From Pseudomonadota bacterium (GTDB taxonomy: Bacteria > Pseudomonadota > Gammaproteobacteria > JAKAQQ01), in assembly GCA_027320085.1 (NCBI GenBank), contig DAHVLZ010000009.1, positions 128,001-192,000 on the forward strand: DNA of 64,000 nucleotides. Reading direction: 5' to 3'. The notes under the pieces were generated by a model. It had not been told where the DNA came from, did no database searches, and saw nothing but the letters and a program-made list of their open reading frames with translations. The translations under genes and the position numbers were made by a program. Below, in pieces: positions 1-9,785 of the stretch (its first letter is position 1; each line of letters opens with the position of its first letter).

Positions 1-116
1 TGAAGGTCGGGACGCGTACCGGTCTCGTAGCGACGTTCCGAGCCGGGAGACGGCTTGGGCAGCTGAGGGACCAGACGCTCTAAGGTGTCTTCGATGCGGG
101 TTTCGGGTCTGGACAC
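1..116 (-). CDS. thiC: N-terminus of probable phosphomethylpyrimidine synthase ThiC (runs off the window start)
   Basis: GTG at 116 with GGAGGTG SD; reads MSRPETRIEDTLERLVPQLPKPSPGSERRYETGTRPDL, resembling the ThiC N-terminal 'S.K.Y..GSRPDLRVP' segment; directly downstream of a TPP riboswitch. Only 38 codons are visible. Confidence 0.65.
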   Translation of the reverse strand, partial: MSRPETRIEDTLERLVPQLPKPSPGSERRYETGTRPDL

Positions 117-164
117 GATTCACCTCCAGGATGCGGAGTGAGGAACACGCCCGGGCCCACGCCC

Positions 165-245
165 GCAAGCCTTCCCTCCGCCGGTTCTGACCGGATCAGG
201 TTCCAAGGGTCTCTCTCAGCCCACCCAGGGCACCCCCAGCTTGCC
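165..245 (-). ncRNA. TPP (THI-box) riboswitch
   Basis: Minus strand reads GGGGTGCCC..GGGCTGAGAGAGACCCTTGGAACCTGATCCGGTCAGAACCGGCGGAGGGAAG, the TPP aptamer consensus (CUGAGA, ACCUGAU, CCGG/CCGG stem, AGGGAA). Confidence 0.95.
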
Positions 246-295
246 CGGTCGACACAACTCGGCCGACCAGAATCTCAGTATAGCAAGCCGACGCA

Positions 296-1219
296 TCAGT
301 CGACGAGCTGGTCAAAGCGCTCGTAATCAATTTGCCAACGTCCATCGGCTCGCCGCTCCGTGACGTCGGCGAACCAGCGGTTCCAACGCAGGTCGCCCAT
401 CCGGTAGAGGTGCTGGGCATGGACAGCCTGGCCGAAGGTCCGGTCATGCCCGGTAAAGTTGACCAGGATAAAGGCGTCGTCATCCCCGGGATGGAAAGAC
501 TCCGGATCAACGAAAGCAGCCAGTGGACTGTCAGGACGGATCTCGTGCATGACGAGCCAGGTCAGGGCAAACAGCGGTGTCTGCGACCTCACGAGCGGCA
601 GCTCATGGATGCGGCGGAGTGCCCGTCCTTCCTGGCTTTTCTCGGATCGAATGAGGTAAACGCCCAGGGTCCCTCCCGTGATGAGATTATGGCGACTGTT
701 GGCCAGACGAAACACCAAGGTCGGTGTCCCCTGGAATGGAGTAATGAGTGCATGGCGACTGAAACGGATCCGGGAAGAGGGTCGCGAAACCCGGGCAAAC
801 ATCACACCGGTCACGAGCGCGAGCCCCATGAGGCCAATCATGGGTTCGAGAGCGGTCAGAATTTCGCTATAGCGGTCAGCCGGATACCAGAAACCCGAAC
901 CCAGGGTCGTGAGTGTCTCGGTGCTGAAGAAAAACGCGTCCCAGAACGAGCCTTGGGCGAGATTGGCGATCCCGCCCCGATCCAGCCAGAACAACAGGCC
1001 GAACGCACAGTTGACAAGAATGTAGACACCGAACACAAACAGGAGGAACCAGCTCCAGCGGGTGGTCAATAGCCAGTAATAAAAGTCCCGGAGCCAAGTC
1101 CTCGGCTGACCCAAAACCACAACAGAAGAACGGGTCCCGAAGGGAACATCCCCGGAACCGTCATCGTCACTTTTCTTCCCCGTGGGTTGTCGGCTTCGCT
1201 TCAGTTTTTCTGTGGTCAT
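296..1219 (-). CDS. KirBac-family inward-rectifier-type channel with non-canonical filter
   Basis: Two TM helices around FWDAFFFSTETLTTLGSG; FARVSRP and FSRHALI...PTLVFRLAN.R cytoplasmic Kir motifs. Confidence 0.88.
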   Translation of the reverse strand: MTTEKLKRSRQPTGKKSDDDGSGDVPFGTRSSVVVLGQPRTWLRDFYYWLLTTRWSWFLLFVFGVYILVNCAFGLLFWLDRGGIANLAQGSFWDAFFFSTETLTTLGSGFWYPADRYSEILTALEPMIGLMGLALVTGVMFARVSRPSSRIRFSRHALITPFQGTPTLVFRLANSRHNLITGGTLGVYLIRSEKSQEGRALRRIHELPLVRSQTPLFALTWLVMHEIRPDSPLAAFVDPESFHPGDDDAFILVNFTGHDRTFGQAVHAQHLYRMGDLRWNRWFADVTERRADGRWQIDYERFDQLVD

Positions 1220-1309
1220 GCTGGTGGACCGTATCCGCCAACGCGTCCGCCCGGGGAAAGTCCTATGCTACCATTTAGCGTTGCACAGTCACGCCAGTGC
1301 AGTCTCTCC

Positions 1310-1987
1310 ATGCTCGATTTCAACGTAACCGCGCCCCGCCATCAGATGGTGGAACAACAGATCCGGGCCGGCGGGGTGCTGGACCCAGCCGTTCTCGCGG
1401 TTTTCGACGAGATTCCCCGTCATACCTTTGTCTCCGACACATTCCAAAAACTGGCCTACGCCGATTGCGAGATTCCCCTGGATCATGGCGAAATGATGCT
1501 GACCCCCGCCTTCCAGGCCCGATTGGCTTCTGCCCTAAATCTGGCCGGGACGGAACGGATCCTCGAAATCGGCACCGGTTCAGGGTACCTGACCGCCTGT
1601 CTCGCCTGCCTCAGCCGGGAAATCACCACCGTTGACCTCCATCCGGATTTCATTCAAGCCGCCAAGCAGCGCCACCAGGCACTCGCGCTTCCCCATCCGG
1701 TCCGATACCTGGCAGCCGATGGTCATACCCTCCCTGCGGAACTCAAGGACGAACGCTTTGACGCCATTGCCTTGACCGGATCCCTGTACCGACCGGAGCC
1801 CAGTTTTTACGAGGCACTCGAAGCGGATGGACGCCTGTTCATGGTTCTCGGCTCGGACCTTGTGCAAAGCGCACACCTGATCCGACGCTTGGGCGACAGT
1901 TCCTCCTTCGAGGAGACCCGCCTGTTCGAAACCCGCATTCCTCCGCTGAAAAACGTCCCCAAACCTCCGGAGTTCAGGTTTTCCTGA
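1310..1987 (+). CDS. pcm: Protein-L-isoaspartate O-methyltransferase
   Basis: R.QMVEQQIR, PRH.FV, AYAD..IPL, ILEIGTGSGY SAM motif; usual pcm-tolC adjacency; start placed at ATG 1310. Confidence 0.9.
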   Translation: MLDFNVTAPRHQMVEQQIRAGGVLDPAVLAVFDEIPRHTFVSDTFQKLAYADCEIPLDHGEMMLTPAFQARLASALNLAGTERILEIGTGSGYLTACLACLSREITTVDLHPDFIQAAKQRHQALALPHPVRYLAADGHTLPAELKDERFDAIALTGSLYRPEPSFYEALEADGRLFMVLGSDLVQSAHLIRRLGDSSSFEETRLFETRIPPLKNVPKPPEFRFS

Positions 1988-2067
1988 CGCGGGCGGTCTC
2001 TCGTGCCCCAACTTTCCCGACTTGATGTATACTGATATACTCCAGTAAAACGCCTGAGGTTCATCCG

Positions 2068-3468
2068 ATGCGATCGCGCTTTGCCCTGCTCGTCCTCTTT
2101 CCGGTTGTCGTGCTCATGCTCGGCCTGAGCCCAGCCGGACGGACCATGGATCTCTGGACGATCTACCAGTTGGCTCTGCACAACGACCCCCAGTACCAGC
2201 AGGCCCTCGCCACCGCCAAGGCGAGCGAGGAGGCACGTCCACAGGCTCTGGCCGCTCTCCTGCCGCAGGTGAGCCTATCCGCCTCCCTGACCCAGGTCAA
2301 CACGGACTCGACCCGGGTTTCGAGTTTTTCTATTCCCGGCAACAAGTTCGCTTACTTCACCGGGTTGAGTTCCTCAAACACTCCCACCCGGGCTTACACC
2401 GCGCAACTCACCGAAACCCTGTTCAACTGGGCCGACTGGCAGTCACTGGATGAGGCGGATCTGACCGGGGCTCAAGCCTTGGCCACCCTCAACGCCACCA
2501 TCCAAAGCATCCTCCTCACCGTGAGCCAGGATTACTTCAATGTGCTTTACGCCGCAGACGTCCTCGCGGCACAACGGGCTGCGGAAAAAGCCTTCGCCAG
2601 CCAGCTCGCCCTGGCGGAAGAACAGTACAAGGTGGGACTGCAACCGGTGACAGCGGCAGAACAGGCACGGGCATCCTATGATCAGGCCGCAGCCCAAGTC
2701 ATTGCCGACGAACTCAGCCTGACGACTGCCAAACAGGCACTCGAGGCCCTGATCGGCGTGCCCGTCGTCCATTTGCGTCCACTCGTCCACGAGCTGCCAC
2801 TCGCCCGACCCGAACCAGACAATCTCAACCACTGGATCAACAAGGCCCTTGCCCAGAACCCGAGCCTGATCGCAGCACGTCTCGCCGCCAAGGCCGGCCA
2901 CGCCAATGTCCGCGTCCAGCGGGCCCAAGCCTATCCCTCGCTCGATCTCGTGCTGAGCCACGGACGCAGTTTTACGACCGGCACGGCATCGCAGGCCTCA
3001 CCCACGGCTTCTCTCTCGGCACCCGCTATTTCCGGGACCAACACCAACGTGCTCGGGATCGATCTCAGCTGGCCCATCTATTCGGGCGGACTCATTGCCT
3101 CCCGGGCCCGGCAGGCGCGTTACCTGTATGAGGCAGACCTCGCCCAGAGCGCCACAACCCAGCGAACGACGGTTTCCAGTACACGGACCGATTTCCTGTC
3201 CGTGATCTCTGAGATGGCACAGGTCGGGGCGCTCAAACAGAGCGTGCGCTCGAGCCGGATCGCTCTCCGGGCGACCGAAGCGGGCTATAAGGTCGGCACC
3301 CAGACCATGGTCGACGTGCTGACAGCCCGCCAGACCCTGCTCACGGCCGAGGAAAGCTACGCCCAGAGCCGCTACAACTACCTGATCGCGGTTTTGACCC
3401 TGGACCAGGATGCCGGCACGCTCACGCCCGCGGTCATCCAGTCAATCAACCACTTCCTCCTGCATTGA
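2068..3468 (+). CDS. tolC: TolC-family outer membrane efflux protein
   Basis: Signal peptide, DL..IYQLAL.NDP, LLPQV, GY.VGT.T.VDVL.A...L..A...YAQSRYNYL. Confidence 0.92.
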   Translation: MRSRFALLVLFPVVVLMLGLSPAGRTMDLWTIYQLALHNDPQYQQALATAKASEEARPQALAALLPQVSLSASLTQVNTDSTRVSSFSIPGNKFAYFTGLSSSNTPTRAYTAQLTETLFNWADWQSLDEADLTGAQALATLNATIQSILLTVSQDYFNVLYAADVLAAQRAAEKAFASQLALAEEQYKVGLQPVTAAEQARASYDQAAAQVIADELSLTTAKQALEALIGVPVVHLRPLVHELPLARPEPDNLNHWINKALAQNPSLIAARLAAKAGHANVRVQRAQAYPSLDLVLSHGRSFTTGTASQASPTASLSAPAISGTNTNVLGIDLSWPIYSGGLIASRARQARYLYEADLAQSATTQRTTVSSTRTDFLSVISEMAQVGALKQSVRSSRIALRATEAGYKVGTQTMVDVLTARQTLLTAEESYAQSRYNYLIAVLTLDQDAGTLTPAVIQSINHFLLH

Positions 3469-4764
3469 GCTCCGCAAGCCCGTTTCCGCCCCGGCGGACC
3501 GGGCCTGCCGCCACCAGTCCAAAAGAACCGCCACGAGGTTATCCCGACCGTTTTTGGCCTCCGTGAGGGTCTGCAGCGCGCGCTCGGCCCGGTCAGCGCG
3601 TTCGACCGGTTGGGTCAAGAGGGTCAGGACCTCCCTTGCCAATTCTTCCGGATCGTGGATGATGGCCATGGCGTGCGCTTCGACGAGTCGATCGACTGCT
3701 TCATGGACGTTCTCATGGGAGGGCCCCATGATCACCGGGCAACCCTGTTCGATAGCCTCGATCAGGTTGTGACCGCCGAGCGGCACGAGGCTTCCCCCGA
3801 TGAAGGCGGCATCACCCGCAGCGTAGAACGCCGTCAGTTCCCCAATGGTATCCAAGACCAAGATCCCACCCGGCTCCGGCACCTGACGGAGGCTGTGACG
3901 GGCCAAGGGGAGTCTCCAGATTTCGTTTTCGGCCTGAACCGCCTCCGCCCGCTCCGGGTGGCGAGGGGCTAGAACCGCGATTGCTTGCGGTAGGTGGATC
4001 CGGACCAAATGCTGCGCTTCGAGCATCATGCGCTCTTCTCCTTCCCGAACACTGCCGGCGATCCAGGCCGGATGCCCACCCAAGGTCCCGAGACGCAGAA
4101 CCTGCCCCTTTTCGGCCGCCTCGGCCGATGGTCGCCCCCTCAGCTTCAGGTTGCCGCTCAGGCTGACCCGGCCGGAATCCACACCCAGCGCAACGAAGCG
4201 CCGGGCATGGACCGCATCCTGGGCCCAGATCCGATCCAGCCTGCGCAAGGCCGGGCCAAAAAGCGGCAGAAAGCGCTGATATCGCCCCAGCGACCGCTCG
4301 GAAATCCGACCGTTGACGATGGCCATATGGATCCCCCGGCTATGCGCCCGGTGGATGAGGGTGGGCCAGATTTCCGTCTCGATGATGATGCCGACCGCAG
4401 GCTGGAGACGATCCAGGAAGCGATCGACCCAGGCCCCGCGGTCCCACGGCAGAAAATGGACCGGAGTCGAGTTTCCAAGCGCTTTTGCGGCCTGCTCCCT
4501 CGCGGTCGCCGTAAACGTGGTCAAAACCACGGGCAGGTCCGGCTCCTGCTCGTGCAGGCCCCGGACCAGATTAAGGGCTACTTGGAGCTCGCCCAGCGAG
4601 GAGGCATGGATCCAGAAAGTAGGGCCAGACCGGGGGGGAATGCGCCCCCATCGCTCGGTCCAGGCGGGAGAGCGCCCGGTTTGTTGCCGGCCCTTGCGAG
4701 CCAGCCACCCCAGGGCAAACGGGGAGGCAACGGTCATGCAGAACCCGTAGAGGCGCTCCCACAT
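3442..4764 (-). CDS. waaA: 3-deoxy-D-manno-octulosonic acid transferase
   Basis: WIHASSLGE, IETEIWP, GNLK, APRHPER, DTIGEL, GGSLVPLGGHN. Confidence 0.95.
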   Translation of the reverse strand: MWERLYGFCMTVASPFALGWLARKGRQQTGRSPAWTERWGRIPPRSGPTFWIHASSLGELQVALNLVRGLHEQEPDLPVVLTTFTATAREQAAKALGNSTPVHFLPWDRGAWVDRFLDRLQPAVGIIIETEIWPTLIHRAHSRGIHMAIVNGRISERSLGRYQRFLPLFGPALRRLDRIWAQDAVHARRFVALGVDSGRVSLSGNLKLRGRPSAEAAEKGQVLRLGTLGGHPAWIAGSVREGEERMMLEAQHLVRIHLPQAIAVLAPRHPERAEAVQAENEIWRLPLARHSLRQVPEPGGILVLDTIGELTAFYAAGDAAFIGGSLVPLGGHNLIEAIEQGCPVIMGPSHENVHEAVDRLVEAHAMAIIHDPEELAREVLTLLTQPVERADRAERALQTLTEAKNGRDNLVAVLLDWWRQARSAGAETGLRSSMQEEVVD

Positions 4765-6198
4765 TCATTCCTCCCGCATCCGTGGTTTCCGGATCGAGTC
4801 GATGATGCGGGTGGTCGAGTGACCCTCCAGATAGGGCAAGACCTTCACAGAACCGCCCGCCTGCTCGACACAGGTCGCCCCGGCAATGGATTCCGGTTTC
4901 CAGTCTCCCCCTTTGACCAGGATGTCCGGGAGGAGCTGGCAGATCAGCCGTTCCGGTGTCTCCTCGTCGAACGACACGACCCAGTCCACCGAGCCGAGAG
5001 CCGCGAGGACCGCCATACGCTGTTCCAGGGGGATGATAGGACGCCCTGGCCCCTTGAGGGTTCGGACCGAGCGATCGGAGTTGACCGCGACGACGAGCGC
5101 ATCACCAAGGGCACGGGCCTCAGCCAGGTACCGCACATGGCCGGCATGAATGAGATCAAAGCAGCCGTTGGTCATAACCACCCGAAGCCCACGGGACCGG
5201 AAGTCGCGGACGAGACGGACCAAAGTCTCCGGGTCAACCACACCCGAGAAGGCCGGATGGACACCGGAGACCCCGAAGAGTTCGGCTGGCGTGACCTGGG
5301 CCGCACCGAGCTTGGCCACAACGATTCCAGCGGCCCGGTTCGCGAGCCGTGCCGCCTCCTCCAGTCCGGCTCCGGTGGCGAGGACCGCCCCCAGCGTAGC
5401 CGCGACCGTATCTCCGGCCCCGGTGACGTCCGCCACTTCGTGTGCCTCCGCAGGCAGAGACAGCACTTTGCCACTGGCCTCGATCAAAATCATGCCCCCT
5501 TCGCCCAGCGTGATGAGCAGGCCATCAAGCGCAAGATCGGCCCGCAGGCGCTGCCCGCGAGACTCGAGGTCGGATCTTTGCGGACAGGGCCCGGCCACTG
5601 CCTCGAACTCCGCCCGGTTCGGAGTCAATAGGGTGGCCCCGCGATATTTCGCGAAATCCCGCCCCTTGGGGTCCACGATGACCGTTTTGCCCTGCTTTTT
5701 GGCCTTCTGGATCAGATCGGCGGTCCGGTTCAAGGTCCCCTTGCCATAATCCGACACGATCAACAGCTGGCAGCGTCCGAACGCATCCGACAATTTCGAA
5801 CCCAAGGCATCATCCCAACTCTGCCGTGGCGCCTCCTCGAAGTCGAGCCGGACCAACTGTTGGTGCCGTGACAGGACTCGCAATTTGCTGATGGTTCGAA
5901 AGCCGGACTCGACAATGAGGTCCTGACGGACCCCCGACTCCTCAAGCAAACCAACAAGCCGATGGCCCTCTTCGTCGTCACCGATGACGCCGATGAGATC
6001 AGCACCACAGCCCAGGCGGGCCAGGTTGACCGCCACGTTGGCCGCGCCGCCCGGCCGTTCGTGGCGATCCGAAATCCGGACGATCGGAACCGGGGCTTCG
6101 GGAGAAATCCGTTCGGTCTCGCCGGCCCAGTAGCGGTCCAGCATGACGTCGCCCACGACGAGCACGCATGTCTTCGAAAAATCGATCCCCATGGGCAT
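4765..6198 (-). CDS. hldE: Bifunctional heptose-7-phosphate kinase / heptose-1-phosphate adenylyltransferase
   Basis: [10 protein letters not shown]...[37 protein letters not shown]; start approximate. Confidence 0.96.
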   Translation of the reverse strand: MPMGIDFSKTCVLVVGDVMLDRYWAGETERISPEAPVPIVRISDRHERPGGAANVAVNLARLGCGADLIGVIGDDEEGHRLVGLLEESGVRQDLIVESGFRTISKLRVLSRHQQLVRLDFEEAPRQSWDDALGSKLSDAFGRCQLLIVSDYGKGTLNRTADLIQKAKKQGKTVIVDPKGRDFAKYRGATLLTPNRAEFEAVAGPCPQRSDLESRGQRLRADLALDGLLITLGEGGMILIEASGKVLSLPAEAHEVADVTGAGDTVAATLGAVLATGAGLEEAARLANRAAGIVVAKLGAAQVTPAELFGVSGVHPAFSGVVDPETLVRLVRDFRSRGLRVVMTNGCFDLIHAGHVRYLAEARALGDALVVAVNSDRSVRTLKGPGRPIIPLEQRMAVLAALGSVDWVVSFDEETPERLICQLLPDILVKGGDWKPESIAGATCVEQAGGSVKVLPYLEGHSTTRIIDSIRKPRMREE

Positions 6199-6262
6199 CC
6201 GGGAATGTGCCAAAATGCCCGGGAATCATACCACGTGCCCATTATTCAACTCACGCTGACCG

Positions 6263-7189
6263 TTGAAGGAAGCCCACACTCCGCCGGCTCTGTGGAAACC
6301 GCGGCACTGGCCCCTCTGGGCAGCTGCGGCTCTGGTGTATTCGGCAGGTCAGCTGCCCTACGCCTGTGAACCGGTTGCGGGTTCCTGCTTTGGACTGCTT
6401 TACGCCGTCCTGCAGCCACGACGGCGGGCGATCACCAGAGACAACCTGAAACGATGTTTCCCGGAGAAAACCCCTCGTGAGATCCGCCGACTCGCCCGAG
6501 CTCATTTCCGGGCACTCGGCATGGGATTTATCGAGACGGCCATGGGCTGGTGGCGATCCGATGAGCGGCTTCCACCCGTAACAATCGAGGGACTCGAGCA
6601 TCTCGAGGGGGCCTTGGCCCGCGGCCGAGGTGCATTCCTGCTCACAGGTCATTTCACCGCACTCGAGATCGGAGCCCGATTCATCAGCCGGAAAATCCCG
6701 GTTGGTGCGCTCTACCGCCCGGGTAACAACCCCGTTCTGGATCGTCTCATGCGGCAGGGAAGACAGCGGCGGACGCAGATCGCGATCCCACGGGATAATG
6801 TTCGGATGCTGCTCCACGCGCTGGCCAATAATATTCCGGTCTGGTACGCCACGGACCAGGGCTACACGGGCAAAGGGAGCGCCCAAGTCCCTTTTTTCGG
6901 GAACCTCGCACCGACACACGTAGGATTGAGCCGGCTGGCCCAGGCCAGCCGGGCGCCGGTTGTCCCGTTCTTTGTCCGGAGACTGCCGGGACGGGAGGGG
7001 TTCCGGGTCATGATCGAACCGCCCTTGACCGATTTTCCCGGCCGCGATCCCGTAGAAGATGCCAAACACGTGCACGAGCTTCTCGAGCACTACATCCGGA
7101 TGATGCCAGAGCAGTATCTCTGGAGTCATGACCGCTTCAAGGACCATCCGCGCGGGAAAACCGTCCGGACGCCCAGCCCAAGCAAATAA
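6263..7189 (+). CDS. lpxL: Lipid A biosynthesis acyltransferase (LpxL/HtrB family)
   Basis: PRHWPLW, H(x4)E motif GHFTALE, WYATDQ, PEQYLW.H.RFK. Confidence 0.9.
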   Translation: MKEAHTPPALWKPRHWPLWAAAALVYSAGQLPYACEPVAGSCFGLLYAVLQPRRRAITRDNLKRCFPEKTPREIRRLARAHFRALGMGFIETAMGWWRSDERLPPVTIEGLEHLEGALARGRGAFLLTGHFTALEIGARFISRKIPVGALYRPGNNPVLDRLMRQGRQRRTQIAIPRDNVRMLLHALANNIPVWYATDQGYTGKGSAQVPFFGNLAPTHVGLSRLAQASRAPVVPFFVRRLPGREGFRVMIEPPLTDFPGRDPVEDAKHVHELLEHYIRMMPEQYLWSHDRFKDHPRGKTVRTPSPSK

Positions 7190-7206
7190 CGCAAGTTACT
7201 TGCATT
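7188..7206. promoter_or_regulatory. Fur/Mur-type operator palindrome upstream of the Fur-family gene
   Basis: AACGCAAGTTACTTGCATT contains the perfect inverted repeat GCAAGT-T-ACTTGC (7191-7203) and resembles AATGCAA-N5-TTGCATT boxes. Confidence 0.6.
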
Positions 7207-7234
7207 TAAACCGGCTGGCGGTTACCCTGTGCCC

Positions 7235-7678
7235 ATGGCGCGTCCCTCCCAGATCCGGCCCCAGCTCGATGCTCTCCTGCGCAGCCACCGCGAGCCGCAT
7301 GCTTGGACACTCGAAGAACTCCGGCAGGCCCTGGCCCGGCTCGGGATCCACTCCAATTTCTCGTCCATTTTCCGCTCCGCCCGTCAAGCCGTCGACCAGG
7401 GGCGGTGGCAATCAGTCATGCTCGGAGACGGCAAGACCCGGTTCGAGTGGTCCGGGCATCACCATGACCACCTTTTCTGTCAATCCTGTGGGAGCCTCGA
7501 AGCGGTACCCTGCAAACTCGCCCAGTCCCTGCATCACCGGATGGAGCAGCAGACGGGGTACCGGATCCATAACCATTCGATGGTCTGGGAAGGAACCTGT
7601 CCGCGCTGCATCCGGAAACGTTCCCGCCACGGCCCCGGTAAGCCCGCCCTCCCCAGCCAAAAGCCCGATTTATGCTGA
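7235..7678 (+). CDS. Fur-family metal-responsive transcriptional regulator
   Basis: Winged-helix N-terminus, HHHDHLFCQSCG and C-terminal G.CPRC. Confidence 0.9.
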   Translation: MARPSQIRPQLDALLRSHREPHAWTLEELRQALARLGIHSNFSSIFRSARQAVDQGRWQSVMLGDGKTRFEWSGHHHDHLFCQSCGSLEAVPCKLAQSLHHRMEQQTGYRIHNHSMVWEGTCPRCIRKRSRHGPGKPALPSQKPDLC

Positions 7679-8535
7679 ATCTCTGGAACCCTGGGCATCT
7701 GGCCATGGGGCTTGCCTTGCTCACAGCCTTCGCCCTCGGCATCGTTCACGGTCTCACCCCGGATGAGCATACCTGGCCCATCACCTTCAGCTATGCCATT
7801 GGCGGCTATTCCAGCCGGCGCGGACTGCGCATGGGACTCTTGTTCTCACTGGCCTTTACCCTGCAACGCGCCCTCGCCAGCGAGCTGGCTTTTCTGGGTG
7901 TGGTTTCCTTCATGGATGCAAGAACCAACTCCTGGGTCTGGCTCGCGGTCGGGACGGTCATGTGGTGGGGAGGATGGCGCATCGTCCGAACGAGGAGTCC
8001 CCACTCGCCGGCCGGTCAGGCGGGCGAGCCCGAACTCCGTGAGCCCAAGCCCTGGATGCCACTCGTTCATGGTTTTATCGCCGGCTGGGGGTTTGGTGCC
8101 TTCGCACTCATCATCTATACCGTGCTCGCTCCCGCCATGCCATCGGCAGCCTGGGGATGGGTGCCGGGTGCCCTGTTTGGCCTCGGGACCACTCTCATTC
8201 AGGCCCTAGCAGGTGCCGGCTTTGGAGGGTGGGCCGCAAGCCGCGGGCTCTCGACCGAAGACCTGCGCAAAGCCGCCCTGCGCACTGCAGGACGCACCCT
8301 CAAGTGGGGCGGAGCCGCCTTCGTTGCCGCCGCGATCTTGACCCTCCTGGTCCCGGCCACAGGGCAGTTGGCCGTCTCGACCGGAATCCGGATCCATAAC
8401 CTGGCCCACCTGGGGCTTGCTTTCCTCTTGGTGATCTTGATCGTGCTGGGCGTCGGCATGGGATCTTTCACCCTTGAGATCCGCAGGCTGCGCCCCCCCG
8501 TTCACCCTCGAATCACCCCAAGAGGTCTCCAATGA
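7672..8535 (+). CDS. Multi-pass membrane protein, NiCoT/UreH/TauE-like metal permease
   Basis: About 7-8 hydrophobic segments; TM1 motif LGIVHGLTPDEHTWP similar to the HxxxPDH signature; overlaps the Fur gene. Confidence 0.6.
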   Translation: MLNLWNPGHLAMGLALLTAFALGIVHGLTPDEHTWPITFSYAIGGYSSRRGLRMGLLFSLAFTLQRALASELAFLGVVSFMDARTNSWVWLAVGTVMWWGGWRIVRTRSPHSPAGQAGEPELREPKPWMPLVHGFIAGWGFGAFALIIYTVLAPAMPSAAWGWVPGALFGLGTTLIQALAGAGFGGWAASRGLSTEDLRKAALRTAGRTLKWGGAAFVAAAILTLLVPATGQLAVSTGIRIHNLAHLGLAFLLVILIVLGVGMGSFTLEIRRLRPPVHPRITPRGLQ

Positions 8536-9389
8536 ACCCGGAAAGAACCCCGAGATCCCGGCTCCACTCCGTCTTCCGAACGCTGGCCTTGGGCTTGCTG
8601 GGACTGGGAGCGCTGGCCGGATCGGTCCGTGCCGACGGACGACTTCTCGAGCGGGCCCCCGCGTCCAACCCGTGCGTCGGACGTTATGCCTTGCTGGCCG
8701 TGCTCGATCGGCCGACCGTGGCGGACAGCAGTTGCGTCGTCCGACCGGGCCACGTGGTCATCGAGGCCGGTTACGCCCACGCGACCCTCTACCCCTCCGG
8801 TAGCGGACATGGCTGGGATGCCCCTCAGATGGAAGTCCGGTTCGGACTGCCTCACGAGAACGAACTGGTTGTCCTGCCACCCAACCGGGTAGCCGCCCCC
8901 GGTGCCGATGGCTACACGGGCTCGGTCGTCGGGCTCAAGCATGAGTTCGATGTCTCAACGACCTGGCAGTTCGCCGCGGAAAGCCTGGTGACCCTCCCTT
9001 CCGGGGATCCCAATCAGGGGAGCGCGGGGACCGGTGTCGCAATCAACGGCGTCGCGAGTTACAGCCCCTCCTCGACCGTCGGGCTGTCTCTCATGGCCGG
9101 TTTTACGTCGGAAACCGAGCCCTCAAACCTCGGGGGCGGCCGCTACACGAGCTTCAATCCCGATGGCGTCGTGACCTGGGAATTCCTGCCGCCTTGGCAG
9201 CTTTACTTCGAGGTGTACGGGGCCACTCATACCGGCGTGGGACAAGGGAGCGGTTACGATGCCGATGGAGGGGTCCAGATCCTGCTCAGCCGCAACATGG
9301 AGATCGATTTCGAGGCGGGCACCCGGCTCTCGGGGAACCTGGGTGGTTACTCCCACTATGTCGGTGCCGGACTCGGTCTCGAGTTCTGA
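8532..9389 (+). CDS. Outer-membrane beta-barrel channel (Phenol_MetA_deg-like transporter)
   Basis: Signal peptide, DRP..ADS...V.PG...IEAGY motif, amphipathic strands, C-terminal aromatic (GLGLEF). Confidence 0.75.
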   Translation: MNPERTPRSRLHSVFRTLALGLLGLGALAGSVRADGRLLERAPASNPCVGRYALLAVLDRPTVADSSCVVRPGHVVIEAGYAHATLYPSGSGHGWDAPQMEVRFGLPHENELVVLPPNRVAAPGADGYTGSVVGLKHEFDVSTTWQFAAESLVTLPSGDPNQGSAGTGVAINGVASYSPSSTVGLSLMAGFTSETEPSNLGGGRYTSFNPDGVVTWEFLPPWQLYFEVYGATHTGVGQGSGYDADGGVQILLSRNMEIDFEAGTRLSGNLGGYSHYVGAGLGLEF

Positions 9390-9423
9390 GCCGCCCGCTC
9401 GGCATCGAACCTGCCCTCGGGCC

Positions 9424-9451
9424 TTGACAGCGGCCGATCCGAGATTAGAAT
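9424..9451 (+). promoter_or_regulatory. Sigma70-like promoter of the NRMT transcript
   Basis: TTGACA (9424-9429), 16 bp spacer, TAGAAT (9446-9451). Confidence 0.7.
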
Positions 9452-9457
9452 TCCCGC

Positions 9458-9785
9458 TGTCCCGGCCACTAGGGAGACCCATGGGCAGTAGCCGCCCTCA
9501 TCACCTCCGGAGTGGCTCGGTGCGATCCCGCAAGCGGTTCTTCTGACCGTGGGCGGTGCGCTCGCACCAGCCACGGCAAACGAAACCGCGCCATCAGGCC
9601 AGGGTTGGACCAACCCCCACGAGGGTGGTACACGCGGCTTCACCATCCGGAAATTCCCGAAAACCCATCCCGCCTGCCACTCTCGGGTGCCGGGGTACCG
9701 GGGGTGGGTAGGTGCGCTGCCCGGAGACGTGCCATGACGGCCATGATTCACAGACGGGTGCCGCTGCGGACCCGGAGGAAAGGCG
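9458..9785 (+). ncRNA. Candidate structured cis-regulatory 5' leader
   Basis: Long UTR with several complementary, mutually exclusive segments (see findings); no Rfam family recognised by eye. Confidence 0.45.

Noticed and set aside
3994-5631. Long plus-strand ORF of 545 aa (also 24682-25971, 42576-44150 and 45500-46735)
   Set aside because: Antisense shadows of well-supported genes, expected from GC-rich codon usage; no recognisable motifs.
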